Shown here in pieces: positions 28,627-38,584 of a DNA stretch of 64,000 nt. A program made the position numbers and the translations under genes. The notes under the pieces are model-generated. The model had not been told where the DNA came from. It made no database searches and saw nothing but the letters and a program-made list of their open reading frames with translations. Each line of letters starts with the position of its first letter. Position 1 is the stretch's first letter. Origin of the DNA: Halobacteriovoraceae bacterium (lineage in GTDB: Bacteria > Bdellovibrionota > Bacteriovoracia > Bacteriovoracales > Bacteriovoracaceae); NCBI GenBank assembly GCA_963719505.1, contig CAVRCF010000005.1, positions 448,001 to 512,000 on the forward strand, in the 5' to 3' direction.

Positions 28627-29197
28627 GAAATTCTCGGTAGCATTTGATCTTTAAATAATCTGAACTCTCTGGGTGTCTTTGCATGGGATCGTACATAATG
28701 GGAAAAGAATTAGCATTGATGGCTGTCTCAATATCAAATAGATGATCGCCAATAAATACGATCTCACTGGTATCAATTCCCCATTTTTTTGCCATGATCT
28801 CTAACCCCTCAGGATTTGGCTTGGCCAAACAATCATCACGAGATAAGACAATATCGAATTCAAGATTAAATTTACTCAACGAAATATGAGCGACTTCATT
28901 ACTATTTCTCGTTAAAATACCTGTGGGAATATTATTTTGTTTAAGATAATTTATTAAGTCCGTAATCCCATCGATTAACAAAGCGTTTTGTGCCCCAATC
29001 ATTTCATGATTATTGACCACATCCCAAGCCTTTTGTTTTTCAATTTCACATTCAATATTATCTAAGTGCTCTAAAATTCCAACATCTTGTGGAAAATTGA
29101 GTTCACTTCTCATACGAGTGAAGTCCAGTTTTGAATCGACAATAGTTCCATCAAGATCGAATGCATAACCCTTAATTTTTTTTAATCGTTCAAACAT
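28613..29197 (-). CDS. HAD-superfamily hydrolase
   Basis: FDLDGT, TRN, KP, IGDHLFD. Confidence 0.9.
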   Translation of the reverse strand: MFERLKKIKGYAFDLDGTIVDSKLDFTRMRSELNFPQDVGILEHLDNIECEIEKQKAWDVVNNHEMIGAQNALLIDGITDLINYLKQNNIPTGILTRNSNEVAHISLSKFNLEFDIVLSRDDCLAKPNPEGLEIMAKKWGIDTSEIVFIGDHLFDIETAINANSFPIMYDPMQRHPESSDYLKIKCYREFLKAV

Positions 29198-29327
29198 ATC
29201 TAAATTATGCCATCAAAAGCTTAAACACGTTAGTGAATTTTAGAAATGCACAGCAGCAACTCAACTCAAATTATTGACTAAATGTCTAAAATTCGAGAAG
29301 ATCCACGGTCAAACCAAGGAATAAAAA

Positions 29328-30695
29328 ATGTCAATTTATGTCAATAGAGTGCTCAATATGAAACATATCAAAGTTATCGGCTTTGATATGGATCACACTT
29401 TAGTAAGATACCATACAGAAGAATTTGAAAAGCTAGTTTTCGATATTACGATTGAGAAGCTTATAAACGATCACAAATACCCCACCGTAGTAAAAAAGTT
29501 TAAGTTCGATTTTGAAAAAGCAATTAGAGGACTTATTATTGATAAAGATAATGGGAATGTTTTAAAGGTTTCACTTTATAGTAAAATTAAACACTCTTAC
29601 CATGGCTCTAAAGTGTTCTCTTATAAAGACCAAATGGAACTTTACGGAAGCCAAAACATTGATCTTCGAGAAGATAGATACCTCTCCGTTGATACCGCTT
29701 TTAGTATCGCTTTTGTTGTTATCTATTCGCAGCTGGTTGATCTCAAAGATGCTAGTAACGATATAGAACTTCCAACCTACGGCGAGATGGCCAGTGATGT
29801 TCTCAATTGTGTAGACATCGCCCACCGAGATGGATCAATAAAAGAAGTGGTTAAAGCCAATCTAGAAAAATACGTTATCAAAGAAAAAGAGGTTGTCGAC
29901 GCACTTTTACGCTTTAAGCAGTATGATAAGAAATTATGGGTCATCACAAACTCAGGATTCGCCTATACCAAAGCTCTACTCGATTATTGTATCGATCCAT
30001 TTATGCCACAGGGGCAAACGTGGAAAGATCTGTTTGAGATAACAGTTACACTGGCGATGAAACCACGCTTTTTTACCGATAAGTTACACTTTTTATCCGT
30101 TGAAGATGACAATGGTCTTTTACAAAACTATGACAAAAAACTTGTTCCGGGTATCTATCAAGGTGGCTACGGGGTAAAGCTTCAACAAGACATGGGTATT
30201 GCAGAAAGTGAAATACTCTACCTGGGTGACCATATTTATGGTGATATTTTAAAACTTAAAAAAGCTTGTGCCTGGAGAACGGCCCTCGTTATTGAGGAAC
30301 TTTCTGATGAAGTTGCGGCTTACAAAAGTACAAAGAGCATAAGTATCGAGATTGACGAACTTATGGAAAAAAAGATTACTCTTGAAAGAGAAATCGATAA
30401 TCTTTACGCTGATGAGTATGAGTTTAAAAAGAAAGTTGATAAAGACCATGTTCATGAAAAATTTGATGAAATCGAAAAGATAGATAAATCACTTGGAAAG
30501 CTTATTAGAAACTATGAATCCCACTTCAATCCAACATGGGGTGAAATAATGAGAGCTGGTGCTGAGCCTAGCTTTTTCTCTGAGCAAGTTGACCGCTACG
30601 CCTGTATTTATATGACAAAGATCTCAGATTTTAATGATTTTAGTCCAAGGATGTATTATCGACCGGCGAAACGGCGTCTATCTCACGAAGTATAG
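29328..30695 (+). CDS. HAD-IG family 5'-nucleotidase (cN-II-like)
   Basis: GFDMDHTL, ITNS, KPRFF, LYLGDHIYGDI, WRTALVIEEL. Confidence 0.9.
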   Translation: MSIYVNRVLNMKHIKVIGFDMDHTLVRYHTEEFEKLVFDITIEKLINDHKYPTVVKKFKFDFEKAIRGLIIDKDNGNVLKVSLYSKIKHSYHGSKVFSYKDQMELYGSQNIDLREDRYLSVDTAFSIAFVVIYSQLVDLKDASNDIELPTYGEMASDVLNCVDIAHRDGSIKEVVKANLEKYVIKEKEVVDALLRFKQYDKKLWVITNSGFAYTKALLDYCIDPFMPQGQTWKDLFEITVTLAMKPRFFTDKLHFLSVEDDNGLLQNYDKKLVPGIYQGGYGVKLQQDMGIAESEILYLGDHIYGDILKLKKACAWRTALVIEELSDEVAAYKSTKSISIEIDELMEKKITLEREIDNLYADEYEFKKKVDKDHVHEKFDEIEKIDKSLGKLIRNYESHFNPTWGEIMRAGAEPSFFSEQVDRYACIYMTKISDFNDFSPRMYYRPAKRRLSHEV

Positions 30696-31509
30696 AATTG
30701 ATTTCGTCAAAATGTTTGAGGTTATTGTGTTTGATATAGCCTTTGAGAAGAACTCGACTTTTTGACTGTATCGTTTTTATCACCTCGTTAATTTTCGTAG
30801 AATCGATATATTTTTGATCGGAGTGCTTATCAAAAATGTCTTTAAGTGATTTTATTCTCCAGTAGTCCATGGCAAAATATTTCGATGATAATTGGTCCTC
30901 ATCTCCTCCATATTTGTCGATTAAATATTCTGGAAGAAACCCAACCTCTTCAACGGCCGTGATCTTAAGCCATAAATCGAAATCCTCACACACCGGATAG
31001 TCTTCTCTAAAAGCGCCAAAGCGATCAAATATTGTGGCTTTTACCATCACTGTAGAGGGAGAAATAACACAGAGATTTAAGCATCTTAAAAACTGATCTC
31101 CACCGTCTTTTTTATATTTTTTTGGAGGATTTACTTTTACACCATTTCGGATCCATACTTCATTAGTATGCACCAAGTTTAAATGAGTATTTTTCTTAAA
31201 AAATGAAATTTGCTTTTGGATTTTTTCTGGATGCCACTTATCATCGGAATCTAAAAAAGCGATGTATTCACCACGAGCTTTTTCTATTCCTAAGTTTCTT
31301 GCAGCACTCACCCCTTTATTTTCTTGATAAAAATATCTAGCTCCCACACTTAGTAGCTTGGTATCATCTGATGATCCATCATCCACGACAATGAGTTCAA
31401 TATTTTTATAAGTTTGAGACAGAACACTCTCGATAGCACGAGGAAGAACGTGAGCTCGATTAAAAGTCGGAATTATGACTGAAACTAGACTATTCATTAA
31501 AGCCTTCAA
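30640..31509 (-). CDS. Glycosyltransferase family 2
   Basis: VSVIIPTFNR, VVDDGSSD, NKGVSAARN, FLDSDD, CEDFDLW; probable start at 31497. Confidence 0.92.
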   Translation of the reverse strand: MKALMNSLVSVIIPTFNRAHVLPRAIESVLSQTYKNIELIVVDDGSSDDTKLLSVGARYFYQENKGVSAARNLGIEKARGEYIAFLDSDDKWHPEKIQKQISFFKKNTHLNLVHTNEVWIRNGVKVNPPKKYKKDGGDQFLRCLNLCVISPSTVMVKATIFDRFGAFREDYPVCEDFDLWLKITAVEEVGFLPEYLIDKYGGDEDQLSSKYFAMDYWRIKSLKDIFDKHSDQKYIDSTKINEVIKTIQSKSRVLLKGYIKHNNLKHFDEINSILREIDAVSPVDNTSLD

Positions 31510-32404
31510 TAATATTCAAACCCTCTTGATATAAAGAGTCTGGAATTTCATGAGACCAAAGGTTTTCTAAAAGTTTGAGATGTTCGGCTTTTTTAAATCC
31601 ACAAAGTGTTTGATCAATTCCTCTAAAGTCAGTATTAAATCGAATCGCAAAGGCAAGGGGATCAACGCTATGCTGGGCCAAAAGCTTAAAAAGAGCAGAA
31701 GCTTTAGTCACTTTCTCCCTCCACTGACTTTTTTTCCACCAAGGAGATTTTTTGCGACAGTCTGAGGTTTCAAACACTCGATCAGCACTTACACTTCCTG
31801 TGAGAATACCTTTATCAAAAGTTCCCCATGCTTGAGAGAATTTTTTCGAACGAGGAGATATATTTTGATTAAAAAGGTTAGACTCACCTTGAATAAAATC
31901 AATTTCATCACTATTAAAATCACCAAAATTACTCAATCCTAAATGAAGAATTTTTCCCTCTTTTTTGGCCTTTAGCAGAGGCTCTAGAGTTTGTGAAAGT
32001 GAAAACTTATTATCCGGCCAGTGGACCATATAAACATCGATGTAATCAGTTTGAAGTCTTTGTAGACTCTCGTGGAGTTGTTCAAGACATTTTTCTGGAT
32101 CGTTCGTCATATCAACTCGTCCATTTTTATGCCAATTAACTCCACACTTGGAAACAATCATCGCCTCATGCCTTCTGTCTCTTAGAGCAATTCCCAGTCG
32201 CCTTTCCGCCTCACCAAAACCATAGATAGGAGCATTATCAAACAGATTGATTCCCCTATCTAGGGCAGAATGAACTAATGAATTAGCTTCGTTATCACTG
32301 ATTAATCCAAAGCCATACCCTCCACCACTGCCGGATAGACCAGCACAGCCAAAGCCTACTTTTGAAATTTTATGGTCTTTAAAGTTTGAAAATTGCATGG
32401 CCAA
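31490..32404 (-). CDS. Aldo/keto reductase
   Basis: GFGC, FDNAPIYG, SKCG, SLQRLQTDYIDVYMVHWPD, GLSNF. Confidence 0.9.
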   Translation of the reverse strand: MAMQFSNFKDHKISKVGFGCAGLSGSGGGYGFGLISDNEANSLVHSALDRGINLFDNAPIYGFGEAERRLGIALRDRRHEAMIVSKCGVNWHKNGRVDMTNDPEKCLEQLHESLQRLQTDYIDVYMVHWPDNKFSLSQTLEPLLKAKKEGKILHLGLSNFGDFNSDEIDFIQGESNLFNQNISPRSKKFSQAWGTFDKGILTGSVSADRVFETSDCRKKSPWWKKSQWREKVTKASALFKLLAQHSVDPLAFAIRFNTDFRGIDQTLCGFKKAEHLKLLENLWSHEIPDSLYQEGLNIIEGFNE

Positions 32405-32435
32405 TTCATAGCATTAATGAGAAAAACTGCAAAGT

Positions 32436-33437
32436 ATGAAATTAATCCATCTGGCCCATCGCGGTGAAGCTCAGCAATTCTTAAAAGACCTTGACGTCAA
32501 TGCAGATAAAAGCATGGAAGGGCTATACGTGGGAAAAAACGAAATCGTGCTCATCACAGGGGAAGGTGTAGAAAATACGCTGTCAAAACTCTCTTTTTGC
32601 CTCGGAAGGTTTTCCATTGACCAAGTCTTAAATTTTGGAATTGCAGGGTCTCTCAATCAACAGCTTGAAATAGATAAGATTTACAATATAAGAACAAGCT
32701 ATGGCTTCACGGAAAAAGTAGAGTTTAAAAGCTTTCAAGCTGACACTCATGGCCTCGACTGCATAACAACATCGAAACGTGTTTTAAAGAATGCCTTTGC
32801 AAGTGAACTTTCAAACTTTGCCTCTATAGTCGATCGTGAGCTTTGGGCCGTGGGATTTGCTTGTAAAGCCCATAATATTCCTTTTTTTTCTTATAAGCTC
32901 ATCTCTGACTTAGCCGGTGAGACAACCAACTGCTTTGATATAAAAGAGAAAGCTTTAGAGTATTCCCTAGCACTTTCAGACTTCTACAAAAATCTAAGCA
33001 TTAGTTCCCAAGAAGAAAAAAGATATCATCTCCCTTTAAAACTAAGTTTCACTCATAAAAACCTTCTGGATAAAAAAATAAGCCTGGCTTCAAAGAAATA
33101 TGATCAAAGCTTTGAAGAGGTTTTTGAAAAAATTAAAGTTGAAGAGGTTCTATCTGTTGACCAACGAGACAAAGAAAAGGTCTCTGAGATACTCTCGCGT
33201 CTTGAGGAATATATAAACCCTATCAACCATAAAGCCTTGGGTCTTTTAAAAAAAGAAGTTAAAGTTTTTGAAGATATTGGGGCGAGGATCGGTCTCGACC
33301 CCAAACTTGAAAGCGAAGACTTTACCATTCAAATAAAAATCAATTCTCAGACCAATATTGATAATTTAAAAAGAGCTTGCGAGCAGTTTAGTTTTTCAAA
33401 GTATAAAAAAGTCTGGAATGGAGAATTTGATGTTTGA
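32436..33437 (+). CDS. Nucleoside phosphorylase-like (PNP/MTAN fold) protein with C-terminal extension
   Basis: ITGEG, LNFGIAG, VDRE, KLISD. Confidence 0.65.
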   Translation: MKLIHLAHRGEAQQFLKDLDVNADKSMEGLYVGKNEIVLITGEGVENTLSKLSFCLGRFSIDQVLNFGIAGSLNQQLEIDKIYNIRTSYGFTEKVEFKSFQADTHGLDCITTSKRVLKNAFASELSNFASIVDRELWAVGFACKAHNIPFFSYKLISDLAGETTNCFDIKEKALEYSLALSDFYKNLSISSQEEKRYHLPLKLSFTHKNLLDKKISLASKKYDQSFEEVFEKIKVEEVLSVDQRDKEKVSEILSRLEEYINPINHKALGLLKKEVKVFEDIGARIGLDPKLESEDFTIQIKINSQTNIDNLKRACEQFSFSKYKKVWNGEFDV

Positions 33438-34428
33438 GAAAATCTTTATTGAAAGCCATCTCATGGACAATGAGATAACAAAAAGAATTCTTTTAAATTT
33501 CCCAAAAGTACCTGTAAAAAAACTGGATAAAATTGAAGACGTCTGGGGAAGAGTAAAAAAGCCCTATCTTCAAAAAAGACAAAGTCTGAATCTCTTTATT
33601 GGAGAAAAAAAAGGGGAACTCGTCAAAGAGACTCCCGATGCTTATGGAATAGGATCTGAAAAACATTTCTATTTTATTCACGCCTATAATTGTATTTATG
33701 AATGCCAGTACTGCTACCTTCAAGGATATTTTAACACACCCGATATTGTTCTTTTTGTTAATCACGATGAGATCATCTCTCAGATGCAAAAGGTCGTTGA
33801 TAAAGATCCCGATTCTTGGTTTCATGCCGGAGAATTTTCAGATTCCTTGGCCTTGTCACATCTAACTTTAGAGTGGGATCAGTACTGGGAGTTTTTTGCT
33901 AGAAATAAACAAGCCAAGCTTGAACTTAGAACAAAAGCTGTCAATCTTAAGTCGATCATAGATCTTAAGCCCCTTGAAAATATCTTCATCTCCTTCACTT
34001 TAGCAGGGTTTAAAGAGGGAAAACTTTTTGATTTAAAGACACCCAGTGTAAAAGCCCGTCTAAAGGCCATAGAAAAACTAGCCACAAAAGGTTTTAAGAT
34101 TGGGTTGCACTTTGATCCCATCATCTACACAGATACGACGATGCAAAGCTATCAAGAGCTTCTCGATGAAATCGTCAAAATTATTCCAAGTGCTCAACTT
34201 GGATATATCTCCATTGGTGTTGTTAGATTCACAAAAGATGTTTACCGAGAGGTAGAAAAAAATTATGGCGATTCACAAATGCTTCATCAAAACTTTACCA
34301 AAAGTTTTGATGGCAAAGTCAGGTACACAAAACCCATGAGAATGTGGATACTAAATTCAGTTAGAGACCTTTGTCTTAAAGCTGGGATAGATAATGAAAA
34401 AATCTATCTGTGTATGGAAGAGGATTAG
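33418..34428 (+). CDS. Spore photoproduct lyase-like radical SAM protein
   Basis: CIYECQYCYLQG, GEFSDSL, ELRTK, HFDPII, YLCME; probable start at 33430. Confidence 0.85.
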   Translation: MENLMFEKIFIESHLMDNEITKRILLNFPKVPVKKLDKIEDVWGRVKKPYLQKRQSLNLFIGEKKGELVKETPDAYGIGSEKHFYFIHAYNCIYECQYCYLQGYFNTPDIVLFVNHDEIISQMQKVVDKDPDSWFHAGEFSDSLALSHLTLEWDQYWEFFARNKQAKLELRTKAVNLKSIIDLKPLENIFISFTLAGFKEGKLFDLKTPSVKARLKAIEKLATKGFKIGLHFDPIIYTDTTMQSYQELLDEIVKIIPSAQLGYISIGVVRFTKDVYREVEKNYGDSQMLHQNFTKSFDGKVRYTKPMRMWILNSVRDLCLKAGIDNEKIYLCMEED

Positions 34429-35081
34429 ATTTTTCTTAAAGGTAAGTTTTCTTCAATCCACTGTTTATAAGGGGGAATGTAAACTGCAAATGCCTTTTTC
34501 CCTTCTTTTGTAGAATGAATCCCAACTAATTTATTTTGGTAGTACAATGGACCACCAGAGTCACCGACAACACTTTTTTTATCATTGAGTTCAAGATAGT
34601 TGTCTTGAATATTTAAAATATTTGGATTCGTCCAAGTTCTTTTATTTTTACCCGATCTTGAACCAAAGCCCAAGCGATCAACGTTTGCACCGATAAGATT
34701 CATTGCTGCGGCCACAGGCGCTGGCTTGATTGAGCGAGGAACATTTTTATCTAGAATAATAAGCGCGATATCATCTTTGAAATTTGAATTTTCCTTATTA
34801 TAACCTTTGTGAATGATAACTTTTTTAAAAGCAATTCTTATATTGTCTTGAGAGTACTCATGACCAAGATGCACATAGCCTTTATCTATTCCAAAAACAG
34901 AGTGTGCAGCAGTTAAGATCACGTTTCTTCTTATAAGAACCGCAGAAGAGGTAAAAACATTTTTATCCCTAAACACTTCGATAAGAAGCGACGAGTTAAA
35001 GTCATTCCAGTTTATAACTGAACTTCTTTGTCCGTGGTCTAAATTTATGTCATCAATCATATCAATCATTGATACCTCCAC
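34425..35081 (-). CDS. Trypsin-like (S1) serine protease
   Basis: LTAAH, DIAL, GDSGGP catalytic triad motifs. Confidence 0.88.
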   Translation of the reverse strand: MEVSMIDMIDDINLDHGQRSSVINWNDFNSSLLIEVFRDKNVFTSSAVLIRRNVILTAAHSVFGIDKGYVHLGHEYSQDNIRIAFKKVIIHKGYNKENSNFKDDIALIILDKNVPRSIKPAPVAAAMNLIGANVDRLGFGSRSGKNKRTWTNPNILNIQDNYLELNDKKSVVGDSGGPLYYQNKLVGIHSTKEGKKAFAVYIPPYKQWIEENLPLRKI

Positions 35082-35159
35082 CCTTATTATTTCAAATTTG
35101 AAGCCGAAAATCTAAATATTAATGGTTTTTTACAAAGTTGTTCGATATATTAAGCACTT

Positions 35160-35663
35160 ATGCTTGAAAATAACCCCGAATCCATTAAAAATTGCAAGAA
35201 CAGGCTCGCCAATGAAGGGTTCTTTAAAGACAGGTTGACACTAAGCAGTGCCACTTCTAGTGCCGTTATGGCAAAAGACTTCAATAAAGTTGATCAAATA
35301 TTTAAAGAGCAGACATCTCCAGATGGATACCTTTTTAAGTATCTCAAACAATTTAGAGAATTTTCTGAAATTGAATTTATCATTAGTCTAAGAGATGCAA
35401 AAAATGAGTGGGAAGAAGATGGTATTTGGCATGACGATGGGTCTCGTATCATGGCCTTCTCCCTGTCCCTAACCTATGACGCTCATTGTATTGTTGGCGG
35501 AGATCTTCATATAAGACCCAAAGGCTCAACAGATGCATCAATTATAAAACCATTTGAGTTTGGTGAAATAGTTGTCTTTCTCACAGGTACTTCAGGATTT
35601 GAACACAAAATCCATGAAGTCAAAAAAGGAGAAAGACTTATTATTGCAGGTTGGTGCTCTTAA
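35160..35663 (+). CDS. 2OG-Fe(II) oxygenase-like protein
   Basis: WHDD (HxD), GGDL, EHKI (distal His), R-xx-IAGW. Confidence 0.75.
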   Translation: MLENNPESIKNCKNRLANEGFFKDRLTLSSATSSAVMAKDFNKVDQIFKEQTSPDGYLFKYLKQFREFSEIEFIISLRDAKNEWEEDGIWHDDGSRIMAFSLSLTYDAHCIVGGDLHIRPKGSTDASIIKPFEFGEIVVFLTGTSGFEHKIHEVKKGERLIIAGWCS

Positions 35664-36112
35664 GCTCCAACAATGTCACGGGCCTGTTCAATAAAAGCTG
35701 GATTTGTAAGACCATTATTCATCGCAACTTCAACTGCCGCATCAAAATCCATATTCTTCTTACCTACAAGATGAGTAATTAACCAACCGCCAATTCGATT
35801 TGCAGAACCACAGTGGATAAGAAAAAGATCATTTTCATTAATGGAGTTTGAAAGCTTTTCACACGATTCTTTTGAAAGAGCCCCATCAACAACAAGGGGA
35901 AATTGAGTATACTCCATTCCAAGAGATTTACATTTTTCCATCTCTTCAGAAAAATCCATCTCAGACTCTCCTCTCATATTAAAAATTTTCTTAACACCCA
36001 TCTCTTTAAACTGAATGAAACTCTCTGTACTTGGTTGACCCGCACAAAGAAGATTATCAACTTTAAAAAGCTGCATAACACCTGGGATTGTTGTAATTCT
36101 ACTTGTTTCCAT
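35660..36112 (-). CDS. DUF442-like sulfurtransferase / phosphatase-fold protein
   Basis: AGQP, NMR, HCGSANR active-site loop. Confidence 0.75.
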   Translation of the reverse strand: METSRITTIPGVMQLFKVDNLLCAGQPSTESFIQFKEMGVKKIFNMRGESEMDFSEEMEKCKSLGMEYTQFPLVVDGALSKESCEKLSNSINENDLFLIHCGSANRIGGWLITHLVGKKNMDFDAAVEVAMNNGLTNPAFIEQARDIVGA

Positions 36113-36121
36113 TTCTATTCC

Positions 36122-38131
36122 TTATAAAGAGATAAACGATTCAACGATTGCACTCACACTTAAGTTATTTTTGTCATATAACTCATCGGCTTTGTAAGCG
36201 GATTGACCAAAGTTTCCGTCAATACCGAGAGTCTTAACTTTAAACTCAGCTTTTGCATTTTTTAAAGAAGCCACTAGGTTCGCTCCCATTCCACCAAAAA
36301 CCTGATGATCTTCAATGGTGATAAGTTTCCCCATATTACTCTCTAATGTCTTTTTAATATTAGCGATATCAAAATCATTGGTTGAACTGATATTAAGCAC
36401 AGTTAATTCCTTGCCTCTTTTAGACAACTCTTCTTTTGCCTGCATCGCTTTTTTTATCATCGGTCCACAAGCGGCGATAACTCCATCAGACCCATTTGTT
36501 AAAATTTGTGAATGCCCAAGTTTAAAATCAGTATTATCGTAATTACTTGGATAATTTTCACGTCCTACAAAGAAGATATAAGAATCAGCTTGAGTATTTT
36601 CTTTTTTAGCTTTTTCTATGTTTTTAATCGCCTCTCCCATGAGGGCCTCAGCTTCTTCTGAACAAGAAACAACAATAGTTTTTGTATGAGGAATTGAACC
36701 CATCGCACTCAAATAAGTTGTTGATTGATGACTCGCTCCATCTGCGGCGTCTTGAAAGCCCGTGTGAGAATAAACAGCAATCATTGGACAGTTTGAAAGT
36801 GCGGCCATGACGTGAGGAAGATTCCCTTTGGTGATACCAAATGCAGCAAATGTATCGACTACAGGGATAAAGCCGGCCTTACTCAAGCCCGCTGCACAAC
36901 CAACCATATTTGATTCAGCGATACCGATATCGATTGCGTGAGTTGGATATTCTTTATGAAAAGCCGCAACACCAGTTGAGCCTTGAAGATCACTTGAAAC
37001 GGATAAGACTGGAAGTCCCATGCTGACCGCTTTAGACATCGCTCTAGCAAAACCGGCTTGAGCCTTCTCACTTACTTTTGCACTTTCGCCTTTAGCTTTT
37101 TCTTCAGGTTTAACGACAAGAGTATTGGCCCAAGTGATGAGCTCACTAGGAGTCTCACCTTCAAATATTTCATCTAAAAAGGGAATAATATCTTTAGAAT
37201 ATGGTTTTAAAGGAAAGCCGTGGCCTCCTGAAGCTGAGTCCATTGTAGATTTTACTCCATATCCTTTAACTGTCTTTAAGATGACACAAACCGGTCCCTC
37301 TTTTTTAGAAAGGTCAATCGCATGGTTAATGGAATCAAAACACGTTTGTAAATCATTTCCGTTTTCTACATTTATAACATTCCAACCAAGTGCATCCATC
37401 GCTTTAAAACTTGGGTCCATCGAAAATGAATCATCTGAGATCCTACCAGAGAGTTTTGTATTATTATCTGAGACGATTAAAACGTAAGGAGCAAGTTTTC
37501 CAGCTTTATGAAGTCCAGGTATTGCAGCAAAGGCTTCTTTGGCTTCACCTTCCATACAGGCACCATCACTTATAGAACAGATTGTTACCTTTTTTCCCTC
37601 TTTTAACTTCTCACCCACTGCAAGACCTTGAGACTGAGCAACTGAGGATCCAAGTGGACCGTTTGAAAGAAGCACACCCTCTGGATACAAATGACTCTCT
37701 CCGTGTCCCGTTAATTTAGATTTAATACTTCTGAAATCTTTTAGGGCGTCAAAATTTAAGTCCCCAAACCCGAGGTTTGTTCTTAAAGCATAAATTCCAT
37801 TTTCAGCGTGACCGATATCATTGACAAAATTATAGTGGTTAAACCAATCCTCATGTTTGAACATGATGGCGTGAAGTGCACTCATAGACTCTGCCATTGC
37901 CGCTGGACCACCCCAGTGACATGCAGCTCCGCCATTCACTGCACCAAGATTCATAACGGCCAGAAGACCTCTTGTGGCCTTAGGACATCCAACTATAAGC
38001 TGTGATCCATCAGTATCTTTAATCGTTGTAGGATAAATAGGCTTCGTTTTAGGTGCAGTGTGTAAAGAGTTTTTTGTATCAATAGCATTAATCATGGTTT
38101 GAATCCTTTTGGTTTTAAAATAATTTGCCAC
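36122..38131 (-). CDS. Transketolase-family TPP enzyme (single chain)
   Basis: GHGE, NGPLG, SDGACMEG...DNN TPP motif, TVKGYG, GIAESNM, ADGASHQ, IEDH; probable start at 38095. Confidence 0.82.
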   Translation of the reverse strand: MANYFKTKRIQTMINAIDTKNSLHTAPKTKPIYPTTIKDTDGSQLIVGCPKATRGLLAVMNLGAVNGGAACHWGGPAAMAESMSALHAIMFKHEDWFNHYNFVNDIGHAENGIYALRTNLGFGDLNFDALKDFRSIKSKLTGHGESHLYPEGVLLSNGPLGSSVAQSQGLAVGEKLKEGKKVTICSISDGACMEGEAKEAFAAIPGLHKAGKLAPYVLIVSDNNTKLSGRISDDSFSMDPSFKAMDALGWNVINVENGNDLQTCFDSINHAIDLSKKEGPVCVILKTVKGYGVKSTMDSASGGHGFPLKPYSKDIIPFLDEIFEGETPSELITWANTLVVKPEEKAKGESAKVSEKAQAGFARAMSKAVSMGLPVLSVSSDLQGSTGVAAFHKEYPTHAIDIGIAESNMVGCAAGLSKAGFIPVVDTFAAFGITKGNLPHVMAALSNCPMIAVYSHTGFQDAADGASHQSTTYLSAMGSIPHTKTIVVSCSEEAEALMGEAIKNIEKAKKENTQADSYIFFVGRENYPSNYDNTDFKLGHSQILTNGSDGVIAACGPMIKKAMQAKEELSKRGKELTVLNISSTNDFDIANIKKTLESNMGKLITIEDHQVFGGMGANLVASLKNAKAEFKVKTLGIDGNFGQSAYKADELYDKNNLSVSAIVESFISL

Positions 38132-38262
38132 ATAAGTTCAATATATTAAACATTTTTTTCCTGGAATCCCCTATTATTGACTTGCATTATCACATCAACT
38201 TAAGTAAATTTTGGAACTCGATTAATACATAAACGATAAAAGATACATAAAAGGATATTATT

Positions 38263-38496
38263 ATGGCACGTACATGTGATTTGACTGGTAAGAGAAGACT
38301 TGTTGCAAACAAAGTTTCTCACTCAAACGTAAAAACTAAGACTCTAAAGCAAGTAAATTTACATACTAAAAGAGTATTTGACCCAGAAACTGGTAAAACA
38401 GTTAAGTTAAGACTTTCAGCTAGTGCGATCAGAACTTTAGACAAAGTTGGTTCACTTTCTAAATTTTTAAGAAAATACGCTAACAAATACGTTTAA
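38263..38496 (+). CDS. rpmB: 50S ribosomal protein L28
   Basis: MARTCDLTGK...VSHSNVKTK...NLH...AIRTLDK; AAGGA RBS. Confidence 0.95.
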   Translation: MARTCDLTGKRRLVANKVSHSNVKTKTLKQVNLHTKRVFDPETGKTVKLRLSASAIRTLDKVGSLSKFLRKYANKYV

Positions 38497-38528
38497 GACT
38501 GATTTTTAATTATTCTAAAACGATAGTG

Positions 38529-38563
38529 AAAAAAAAGGACTCTTATTTTGAGTCCTTTTTTTT
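38529..38563 (+). terminator. Rho-independent terminator after rpmB
   Basis: A8-GGACTC-loop-GAGTCC-T8. Confidence 0.85.
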
Positions 38564-38584
38564 GGTCTAATTACTGAGAAAGCC

